Positions 1-10,363 of a stretch of 64,000 nt of DNA are shown one piece after another. The position numbers were made by a program, and so were the translations under genes. This DNA is from Azolla caroliniana (taxonomy: Eukaryota; Plantae; Polypodiophyta): positions 3,410,001-3,474,000 of the forward strand of contig JBHGNT010000008.1 of the NCBI GenBank assembly GCA_043228905.1, in the 5' to 3' direction. Under the pieces are notes generated by a model, which was not told where the DNA came from, did not search any database, and saw only the letters and a list, made by a program, of their open reading frames with translations. The stretch's first letter is position 1. Every line of letters begins with the position of its first letter.

Positions 1-2489
1 TATGTTTACGTTGGTATAGGATAGTAACTCTGATTTACTTGCAAAAAAAGGTTCACACATCCACGCATGCACCCAACACAATCTACATGATGGAAGTCTC
101 ATTTAAGATTCATGGTACCTTCATGACTTAACCATTTTTCCTTCCCCCAATATAAGTGCCTTCTATATTTATTTGGGATGCGATAAAAAGTCATTATTTA
201 TGCAAATTATACATCATGCTTTCGGTTTATTGGGTGATACTATTACATAAAGATGTTTATATTGTTGTATAAGTATGCTTTCCAAATGGTTATATTAATT
301 TATCAAGTGTAAGTTCTACATCAAAGGAAATATGGTGACTTATTTGATAAACATAAACATGCAAGATCAAATACAACATTACCAAATGTACAAATGCATT
401 GGGTAAAATAACATGCAAATTTGTTGGTCCTAGTATGCTTGATGGAAATTTGTGGATTATGATCTCCATCTCTAATGAGTTTATAAAGTATATGCAACAC
501 TCTCACTTTGAACTATTGTAGTGATTCAATCATAGGAATGGGCATGCTATCTCAAATTACAAGACATCACTTAACATTCATTGAGTTTTGCTATTGTTTT
601 CCATGTAAGAGTTTTTGGTGATTAAGAGATAGCTGAAACTTAACGATTTTCTTTATAAGTCTTTAGTTCCTAATGTATGTGCTCACCCTTCGAGGGAACA
701 AACCCTCATTCAAGGCGCCCCCAAACCCAACTATGTAGAAGAGTGCCCCAAAGTTCCACCCTACCGCACAATATATAGCTCCATTGGTAGGTTCATAATC
801 CTAGCATATATTGTATGACAAAACATTTCCACTTTCCCCAAGGTTTAGGCTATATAAAATAGTCCTTTTGTTTGCAACACCTATCACGCATGCCACTGGG
901 CTCGCTACACTACTGTTTTTATGAAGTTCCTAGGATGTAGCAATCACTATATTCAATTCACTCCTACCTCGGAGAAATACATACATAAATAAATATGTCC
1001 ATTAGAGATATTCAAAGTTATGCATTTGCTCCTTTCATATTTACTACTTCCATGTGCCAACTAACATAGAGTTTTATGTTTCCTTCATGTATGTGAGCAA
1101 TTCTTGTTTTCCATAACCTAGTCTCATCCTAGTAAGTTCTATCATACATAACATATGTATTTCTTCATAATGCCAGGATTCTAACTGTTTATTGCATCTA
1201 TATGTGTCTCTAATCACCAAGATCATTGCCACAACTTACTTCTACATCATATAATTCACACATGTTAATGCATTACTCGCTCGCCACATAATTAGAAGTC
1301 TTATATACTATGTTCATAATCAATATATTTACTATGATCAATGTTTCTTTTTGTTTGAATTGCACTCTAAACCTTGTCCACTATAATCAATGTTAGGTTT
1401 TGTTGAATTCCAAAACGAATTCTACATTAAGATCAATTGCAACTTACACATGTTTTAGGTTACAAGGCACTTCTATGCCCATTGATTTTATGTGGGGAAG
1501 TGGTATTGAAACTAGTCAACACATTTACGCTTAGAGAGTGTTAAAATAATTTGTTTGCACTACATAGCAGTCAATTCAAGCCATTCGAAGTACGGAGATT
1601 TAATTGGCACATTCCACTTTGTAGGATCATATTCATTGCTTCTTAGTTCTTTTAATATATATATATACATATATATATTGAGTGAATGCATCATTATGAG
1701 CATGGACAAATATTCTCCAACTACATATATGATTGGTTTTTCTTATCTTATGAATGATTTTGGTGAGTTTGCAGTAATGGTTTGTAATTGGGTAGAAAAC
1801 TTGATGTTCATCATTTCTCAAATGGTTCTCTATAAATTAATATTTTGATTTAGTGAAGAGTTGCAATAATTCTATGTTTAATATGGGCTTATTCTACATG
1901 TTACAAATTAAACTAAAAACACTACATTGCAGGATCAAAGGATCAAATCTTCCTTTCTATCACAATTATTAGTTACACATATCCACTTTGCTCAAACAAC
2001 ATGCTAAATAAGAAAGACACATTATGATGTTGCTATGGATGAAAACAAATTCAACATTACACTTTAAAACATTAGCCTTTTACAGGCTTTTGATATATGA
2101 CCATTAAACATATGTCATGATGATATTGTACTAAGAGAAGTGCATTCATTACACAATCCTTGCTTTAAAGAGTGGGATATCGAAAGCCTTGACTCTTTTA
2201 AAAGTGTGTGCTATTGATTTCAACATATCTAGATAACCAAGCACGTTTTAGCTATAACATACCCCAAATCCATCAAGCAAGTCGGTTAAACGGAATGCCC
2301 TAACTTTGGTTTATGGAACTTAGGTTTAGGAAGTTTTTCAAAAAGCTCATAGAATGAAATAGAGAAAATATAACTCATAAACTATAATGCTTTTGGAAGC
2401 TAGAAGAAGGCGATGGAAGAATTGGCAAGTAGTTAATGAAAATTAAGGACAATGTCTCTAACTTGCTTCCCCAAAAATTTCTTTCATTC

Positions 2490-3420
2490 AAGTCGGTGGA
2501 AGACACTTGTGAATGGTTTTGCAAGATGACAAGTTGAAGAGGCTCTAAATGTACATGTATAGGAAAAGGAAAGGATGGGAAAACACTAGGCCATGTTATA
2601 CTCAACCACATCAAAATCCCTCCACCTGTAATGATGATCAGTCCAAGATCGATCTAAGTTTTCGAGATAGGGGACAATTAACTCTTGAGAAATCTTTCTC
2701 GGAAGTGTGGGGTCACTCAACCCAAGCTTGGTGTTCTTGACTTCTCACATAACCATCTCCTCAACCTCAAAATCCACAACACGCATTTGTTTCCAAGCTC
2801 TACCTAAATGTGAATGTGCTCTTGAATGGTGCCCTCTAATCACTCAATGGGTGTCACAATCCCACTGATATCCAATTGGACTGGAATGAGACATGGCGCT
2901 TGCCCATTTGAACATACCTTGATAAACTTTCAAAGTTCTTTGGGTTGTTCCAATGGAAAAGCTTTCTTCAAGAACATGTCCCTTTGACCTTTGCAATGTT
3001 GGCATTCATAGAAGCAAGTTGAGTTGCACCACCCCAACACATCTTGGAAGCTTGGTTGATGTAGTATCCCTTGACCTATCATGCAATAAGATAGTTGGAA
3101 GGTTGACATATAATATTGGAATGCTCAACAAGGTCATAAAACACCACTTCTATGTAAATGCATTGTTTTGAACTAACCCCAGTCAAGTTGGGACAATGCA
3201 AGAATCTCGTAACACCAGACCTAAATTCCAATTACTTCGTAGATTCCATAGCACCTTCTCTTCAACACATCAACTCGTCAAGTAGTTGCCTTAATCTCTC
3301 CCACAACAATCTCTTGGGGTCCATTCTTGCAAAAGTCTCGAAACTTGGTGTTTTCGAAATTCTTATGGTTCTCTCACAATGAGCTCATAAGGGATGATGA
3401 GCTTGCTCACATGACTACTC
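2490..3420 (+). pseudogene. Decayed leucine-rich-repeat receptor (RLK/RLP) ectodomain fragment
   Basis: Plant extracellular LRR motifs are spread over several frames: DTCEWF (LRRNT-like), KIDLSF, KLGVLDFSHNHL, LGSLVDVVSLDLSCNKIVGRL, LGQCKNLVTPDLNSNYF and LNLSHNNLLGSI. Multiple stops and frameshifts; no kinase domain seen. Confidence 0.65.
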
Positions 3421-4409
3421 CTATAAACTCCACACTGGTTGGTTCACTCCTCATATTCTTCTCCCTATTCATTCTCCTCATTGAAGGCTTGCTCATCCTT
3501 TATATATTTTGCAAGCTTTCTTTGATATAATCTATATGCAATAATCCATGTTGGATGTTTAAACCCCTTCGTATTTCAATATCAATAGAAGAAAGTCAAC
3601 ATTTCAATCCATTAATGTGTATATAGATAAAATGAACATTTAGACACCTCAAAAGTTTGCGAGAAAAACACCCAACAAGATGAGATGAAAAACACTTTCC
3701 ATTGTTGTAAGGTAAGATGAACCAGAGATCGAGAAAAGAAACTTGAACAAGGAAGAGCAAAAAATTGTGGTCACGAGAAGTTTTCATGCAGAAAAATGTA
3801 TACAAATGCAAATATGTAGTGTTTCCAAATTTCACAATAATATAATCAAATGATGGTGTCGGGGCCAATAAAGAATCTACATTGAATACTACAACAGGTC
3901 AGCAATTGTGAACGAAACTAACCCAGAGAAGTGCAAAAGATAGTGAAGTTTAAGGATTGGTGAATTGGGTTTAGTGACTAGTCTATGAAAGAATATCATC
4001 TCATAGTGGACAATACAAAGGAGATCATAGGGGGTCTACATCTTTGGAAAATCTGAACAGCAGGAACCGTATCTCTATAAAGGGGTCGCAGTTATTTCAG
4101 TTTTCTTCGACTTTCTCTTTGAAACTATAATGGTAGGAAATATTCTCCATTTACGATTATTTATGCCAATTTCCCTTCTGTCAGAATACAATACAACACA
4201 CATTGCTGTAGATAACAATCCATATTGTTTGGAGAATTTTAATAACTTATCAATAGCTTGTCTCCACAAAGTTTATCCAAACTATTACTATGATGCTGTG
4301 TGCAACATGCACAATGAGTTCAAGCTAACTACCAAATAAAAGTAGTCTTTGCTCATGCTTGAAACAAGCGGCATCAGGTGCGTAATAATGCATAGTTTAC
4401 ATCGAGGTT

Positions 4410-5750
4410 TCAGAATTGTATGGAGCAATGCTTACCTGCAGATACATATGTATTAGCCATAAGGACATGAGCTGAAGCAAAATGATTATTGAGTTGTAGT
4501 AGTTGATTGAACGCAAACCTTCCGAGCTCAACATTTCCCCATCTTTTACAAACACTCAAGAGTGCGAGCCAAAGAGGAGGATAATCTGATGATGGCATTG
4601 TCCTAATCATAGCCATGGCTTTGTCAAAGTGTCCAGCATGTCCAAAACTAAAAACCATGGAAGTGCAATGCTCTAAATTTGTTGTTATGCCATACTCTCC
4701 ACTCATTTTTTTAAAATACAATTGGGCCTCATATAACCTTGTCTGAGAGAATACTTTGAGAATACATAACAAACTTATGGCATCAGGAGAGATACCTTCC
4801 CTTCGCATCTGTTCAAAACAGTTTAATGCTTCTTGACCTTGCCCCTCACGGGCATATCCTGAAATAAGTGTATTCCAGGTCACAACATTTCGTGCCTGAA
4901 GCTCATGAAGAAGCACTTGCTTTGCCTTTGTAAGGGCACCGCATTTTGTATACATATCAACCAAAGCATTGCAGAGCTCCATATTTTTCTCTAGCAAGTT
5001 CTTAATGACAATCTCATTGTGAACTTGTTTTCCTGTGTTAATAGCTCCAGCACCACTGCAAGCAATCAAGGCAGAAGTGAATGTGATTACATCTGGAGAA
5101 AGGCCTTCACATTGCATACGCCTAATACTGATTAGTGTGTCATGAACTTTCCTCTCTCGCGCATACATTGCAATCAATGCATTCCAAGAGACAACGTCTC
5201 TAACAAGAAGCTGCAAATGTTGCTCTTGTGCTTTCTGAAGAAAACCACATTTCGCATACATATCCACCAAAGCAGTGCCAAGCACAACATCATTCTGTAG
5301 AAAGCCCATACTCACAATCCCATCATGAATTTGTTTGCCCTTATGAACATCAGATGTATTACCACAAGCCTTCAAAATACAAGTGAGCGTAATTGCATTT
5401 GGACAGACACCTTCCCTTTGCATCTCGTCAAAACAATCCAAAGCTTTTTGACCGTGCCCGTGTCGGGCATACCCTGCAATAAGAGCATTCCATGAGACTA
5501 CATTTCGAATTGGAATTCTCTCAAGTATTTGTCGTGCCTTTGCAAGCATGCCATGCTCCACATACATACTGATCAAATTGTTTGCTACAAAGGGGCTCTT
5601 TTTGGGAATGTCCTCTATGCTAATACATACTCTAGTGAACTCCTTGTTAGTACAAGACCTGAGAAAGTTCTCAATTGCAAAATCTTTCTTATCATTTTCA
5701 TTGTAAAGTTTCTCCTTGCCCATAGAGGATTTCCCATGACTGGGCCTCAC
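4410..5750 (-). CDS. PLS-class PPR protein (PPR-1), short array plus E1/E2, no DYW; probably degenerating
   Basis: 446-codon ORF with P (VVSWNALIAGYA), L (TLTCILKACG) and S (LGTALVDMYAKCG) motifs, then an E region (WLALLSVCKRWGNVELG). The ORF start is GTG, so the true start is uncertain. A decayed PDF-motif remnant lies in frame upstream, and a strong donor (GCAG|GTAAG at 4435) lies just before the stop. Confidence 0.8.
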   Translation of the reverse strand: MRPSHGKSSMGKEKLYNENDKKDFAIENFLRSCTNKEFTRVCISIEDIPKKSPFVANNLISMYVEHGMLAKARQILERIPIRNVVSWNALIAGYARHGHGQKALDCFDEMQREGVCPNAITLTCILKACGNTSDVHKGKQIHDGIVSMGFLQNDVVLGTALVDMYAKCGFLQKAQEQHLQLLVRDVVSWNALIAMYARERKVHDTLISIRRMQCEGLSPDVITFTSALIACSGAGAINTGKQVHNEIVIKNLLEKNMELCNALVDMYTKCGALTKAKQVLLHELQARNVVTWNTLISGYAREGQGQEALNCFEQMRREGISPDAISLLCILKVFSQTRLYEAQLYFKKMSGEYGITTNLEHCTSMVFSFGHAGHFDKAMAMIRTMPSSDYPPLWLALLSVCKRWGNVELGRFAFNQLLQLNNHFASAHVLMANTYVSAGKHCSIQF

Positions 5751-6877
5751 AGTTGCTTTTCCTTTGAGCTTGTGGAGAACACAATCAGAATTGTACTATC
5801 CACCAACACAGAACAATGTTTCATTAATTCTGTGTCAACGTTCTATCAAGTCCAGATTTGTGCTAGAATGAAGTCATTGATACACCAACTTGGTAAATGC
5901 ATTAAGACAATAATTTAGAACAGTGTTGACAAAGATTAGTGAGATAGTGTATGAACTTGAACCAAATCCTTGGGAAAAAAGTTGAGATGATGCTCCTCCC
6001 AGATATATCCCATACAAGTGCTCAAAGACATGATAATATTGGATAACCTTAATGCCAATGTCAGAAATATGCACAAGCATGCTGCAGAACTATTACTCCA
6101 TGGTACAATAAGAAAACAATGCACATAAACTTCTGTACGATTGGGCTGGGTCATCAATGGATAACGAGTCCAAACATAAGGCGTCATCATGATGAGAATT
6201 ATAAAGATTAAATATATAGTTGTGATAAATAAAACAGAGAAATTCGTATGTACAAATAGATTTACTTGCTTCACATTTAAGAATAATACATGCACACCAT
6301 GCCTTCATCAGTGAGAGATCAGGGAGATTCGAAATCATCATTACTATACATGGAGGATAGGGGTTGGTATACATCACTTGCACCCAAAGGCAATTTTACA
6401 GTGTATTTTTTCACGCAGTATCTATCCATGTCATATATCACTTGACAGATATGCTAGATGAGCATTTATCATTGTCAGCATTACAACGTCAGTCTTTGTT
6501 ATTAAATTTACCTTTTGTACCTTTGTCATTTTCATTTGTTTTAGATACATGATTTGTTACATAAGCTCATTTTGAAATCTCCAAGAGGTAAAACAAATTG
6601 TTTCTTTATCTCTTTTCTCGTGCTCAGTGGGCATATCTCTCTCTAAAGGAACTGCAATTCGTGTTTCTACTCTTAGAGATACAGAGACAGAGGAAAGAGG
6701 ATAGATTTGATGTGTGTATTTAGTACAAATAAAAATTAGAAGCACGTGACCCAGATAGCTGAACCGTCAACAATACAAGATAGTGATTGTGTCTCTTCCA
6801 AGCAAAATTTTGGGAATAAGGCTGACCTGAATTTAGCAATGAAATGTGTTCAATTTTATGTCTTTTTTTTTTCATTT

Positions 6878-7049
6878 TAGGGTATACCCTAGTGGTAAAC
6901 TATATTTTGACATTACTGGTAGCTCATGAGTTGATGTTCAAATCTCACTAATTATCCTAATTTAATATATGAAATGTAGAGGTTGAATGCATGCCCTTCC
7001 TATCTCAACCAGACAACCTTATCAATGAGCTTACATCTCTTTCTCTCTC
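6878..7049 (+). mobile_element. ~170-bp tRNA-derived SINE-like repeat, copy 1
   Basis: Begins TACCCTAGTGGTAA, has a B-box-like GTTCAAATC, and ends CAACCTTATCAATGAGCTTACATC followed by a CT run. Colinear with the reverse complement of 34331-34502. Confidence 0.5.
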
Positions 7050-7137
7050 ATCCCAGGTCTGATCCTTGCCATGGGCTAGGCCAATCTCACAGATTGTAAA
7101 CGGTCTTCCATGGATGTTAAAAAGATATTTCTCTCTC

Positions 7138-8670
7138 TCACTCTCTCATACACACAAACAAGCAGATGATAAGTAAAAGAAGTTCCATGTTCCTCACCTT
7201 AGCACTGTGACTATCAAACCAGGGGAATGATTGGAAATGAAGGCCATCATACTCATTCAAGCAGACTTCAAATTTAGCGTACATATCCCTCAAAGCAGTC
7301 TCAAGAAGGCTATCTTTCTCCAGGAATCCTCTAGTAATTATCTCATGGTGAATTTGTTTGGCCTTGTCCCTATCTCTAATGCTCCCACAGGCCTTCAGGA
7401 TACAGGTGAAGGCGACTTCATCAGGAGAGAAACACTCATTTTGCATCTGTTCAAAGTAGTTTAACGCTTCACAGAAGTATCCTTGTTCTGTATAGCCTGC
7501 AATCAATGCAGACCAACTGACTACATTTCTACAAGGAAGCTCATCAAGCACTTGTTTTGCTTTTTCGAGCACACCACATTTGGCATACATATCCACCAAG
7601 GCCGTGCCAAGAGCAGTATCTTTCTCCAACAATCTTCTTTGGGCAACCTCATTGTGTATCTGTTTGCCTTTCTCAAACGATTTTGTACTACCACACGCTT
7701 TCAGACCACAAACGAAGGTAACGGTATCTGGAGAAAGCCCCTCCATTTGCATCTGATCAAAGCATTTTAATGCCTTATAACCTTGTTCTTGTTGTGCATA
7801 CCCTGCAATTATTGCATTCCAGGAGACCGAATCTCGAATAGGAAGCTCATCATGCACTTGTTGTGCCTTTACAAGCATACCGCATTTCGCATACATGTCC
7901 AACAAAGCATTCCCCAGCATAATATGGTCCTCAAGCAAGCCTCTAGTCAAAATCTCATGGTGAACTTGTTTGCCCTTGCAGATGTCTCCTGTTTGGCTAC
8001 AAGCCTTTAGGATAGAGACATAGGTGACAACATCTGGAGAGAGGCACTCGGTCTGCATCTGTTCGAAACACTTAAAAGCTTCATATGCTTGCCCTTGCTG
8101 TACATATCCATCAATAAGTGCATTCCAAGACACTACAGTTCGAACCGCAATCGTGTTAAGCACTTCCTCAGCCCTTGTGAGCATACCACACTTAGCATAC
8201 ATATCCACCAGAGCAGTGCCAAGCAGAACATCTTTATGTAGAAAGCCTCTGTGTGCAATCTCTTCATGAATTTGTTTTCCTTTCTCGAGATCTCTTAGGC
8301 TACCGCAAGCTTTCAAAGCACAAGTAAAGGTGATCGGATCAGGAAGAAGACCCTCGTTTTGCATATGATCAAAGCAATCCAGAGCTTTGCGGCCTTGCCC
8401 TTGTTGAGCATACCCTGCAATGAGAGCAGACCAAGAGACTTCATTTCTACAAGGGAGATCATCAAGGATCGCATGTGCTTTTCCAATCATACCACATTTG
8501 GCATACATGCTAATTAACGAGCTAGCTACGTAAGGATTCTTTTGGAGTAAACCCTTCTTCACAATCACGGCATGTAGTCGAGCGCCTCCCTGCGCGTCTC
8601 TGTTCTTGCCACAAGATTTGAGAGATTCAACAATGGTACAATCTTCACTGATGTAGCCGCCATATCTCAT
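7138..8670 (-). CDS. PLS-class PPR protein (PPR-2), C-terminally truncated (no P2-L2-S2/E/DYW)
   Basis: 510-aa ORF of ~102-aa P-L-S triplets. It breaks off inside the fifth S-type motif (ETALRDMYAKF) into unrelated sequence. No PDF motif is seen upstream. Telo-box AAACCCTAA near 8706-8715 on the minus strand. Confidence 0.85.
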   Translation of the reverse strand: MRYGGYISEDCTIVESLKSCGKNRDAQGGARLHAVIVKKGLLQKNPYVASSLISMYAKCGMIGKAHAILDDLPCRNEVSWSALIAGYAQQGQGRKALDCFDHMQNEGLLPDPITFTCALKACGSLRDLEKGKQIHEEIAHRGFLHKDVLLGTALVDMYAKCGMLTRAEEVLNTIAVRTVVSWNALIDGYVQQGQAYEAFKCFEQMQTECLSPDVVTYVSILKACSQTGDICKGKQVHHEILTRGLLEDHIMLGNALLDMYAKCGMLVKAQQVHDELPIRDSVSWNAIIAGYAQQEQGYKALKCFDQMQMEGLSPDTVTFVCGLKACGSTKSFEKGKQIHNEVAQRRLLEKDTALGTALVDMYAKCGVLEKAKQVLDELPCRNVVSWSALIAGYTEQGYFCEALNYFEQMQNECFSPDEVAFTCILKACGSIRDRDKAKQIHHEIITRGFLEKDSLLETALRDMYAKFEVCLNEYDGLHFQSFPWFDSHSAKVRNMELLLLIICLFVCMRE

Positions 8671-8989
8671 GTTGCTATCTGTCTTGTTGCTGTGTTAATT
8701 AGGGATTAGGGTTTTGCTGCGGAGGGGAGGGGGGGGGTGCTATTAACTGGGTCTACTTAGAAGAAGACGAAGAACCCATCTCTGACAGAGAGTGTGTGTG
8801 CCACTCTGTTTGTCTGGTTTGTCAAAACAACCTCCCTCCATGGTGTGCCGCTGTAGAAGGGAATGCAGTGAAACTCACTTTGTATACAGTGTGAATGGAA
8901 AAGGAAAGATGGGGGGATGGAAGAATGAAAAGGGAAGGAAGACGAGATAGATACAGAGATTAACAAGGAGAAGACATACTTATATACAG

Positions 8990-9880
8990 AGATACAAGAC
9001 GAAGAGATAGATACAGAGATAGATTAGATTAGATAGATAGATTAAACAAATTGATTAATTAGATAGATTAGATTAGAAAGATAAGTTAAACAAATAGATT
9101 AATTAGATTAGATAGATAGGTTAAACAAAAAGATTAATTAGATGGATAGATAGATTAAACAAATAGATTAATTCGATGGATAGATAGATTAGATCAGATG
9201 TGTTTGAGAGGCCATTCATTCATTAAACCAAAACATTTACGTCAAATTAATTAAAAAACTAAATAAACAAGAATACATTAAATTAAATAAGCATCTAATT
9301 AGATAGATAGATATAGACTAGACAAATAAATTAGATAGATAGATTAAATTAGATGTGTTTGAGAGGCCATTCATTCGTTAAACCTAACCAGTTACGTCAA
9401 ACTAATTAAAAACCTAAATAAACAAGAACACATTAAATTAAATAAGCATCTAAGTTTAAATTAGTTAGATCAATAAAAAAACACATTAAATTAAATAAAT
9501 ATTGACGTTAAATTAAGTTAAATCAATAAAAAAAACATTAATTAAACTAAATTAATTAATTAGATAGATAGATAGATTAGACAAATAAATTAGATAGATA
9601 GATAGATAGATTAAATTAGATGTGTTTGAGAGGCCATTCATTCATTAAACCAAACCATTTACGTCACACTAATTAAAAAACTAAATAAACAAGAATACAT
9701 TAAATTAAATAAGCATTTAAGTTTAAATTAGTTAAATCAATAAAAAAACACATTAATTAAACCATTAAATTAAATAAATATTGACGTTAAATTAAGTTAA
9801 ATCAATAAAAAAAACATTAAATTAATAAACTATTAAAAGAAAAAAAAGTTAATTAAAAACCAATAAACCTAAACCGATAA
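8990..9880. repeat. AT-rich compound repeat: (TAGA)n tracts plus three copies of a ~105-bp unit
   Basis: AGATGTGTTTGAGAGGCCATTCATTC...ACGTCA...AAATAAGCAT recurs at ~9197, ~9351 and ~9619. A second sub-unit (AAATAAATATTGACGTTAAATTAAG) recurs at ~9493 and ~9772. Confidence 0.85.
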
Positions 9881-10363
9881 ACTCGAGTTTTATAACCACG
9901 CCGAACCGTTTATTGATCATCCAAACCACTTTAATTATTCTGGAACCGATAAATCGTTAAACCATGGCTTAACGGTTTCGTTCAGTTTGAGCCAAAACCA
10001 GAGCTGTCGATTGCCCCAAACTGAGCTTCAAAGCTTCCATTGCCGTAACAAGCGTCTCAATTGGCTGGGTTAATTTTGTAATTTCTACTATATAAAAAGA
10101 CTATGTTTGCTGGTTAGGTTCGGTTTGAACCGAAACCAGCAAACAAAGAAGCATTGGATGAGTTTCCAGAATTGGCTGGGCTAATTTTGTAATTTCTAAC
10201 ATATTAGAAGACTAGGTTTGGAAATGAGAAATAACACACGCATTCTTTGCTCTGATTGTAGACACAGCAAGCAGCAGCAGCAAACCCACACCCAGAGTAT
10301 GTACTATGCAGAAGAACAGAGGCCTCTGAAAATTCTGACCATCGACATGCATCGAAACCGCAG

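Noticed and set aside
2640-2665. SKIDLS as a Gypsy RT motif
   Set aside because: Better explained as the first LRR of the receptor relic.
5940-6110. Candidate exon 1 remnant for PPR-1 (MGYIWEEHHLN, or the AAG|GT donor near 6047)
   Set aside because: Two competing weak candidates; neither has both motif similarity and a correctly placed donor.
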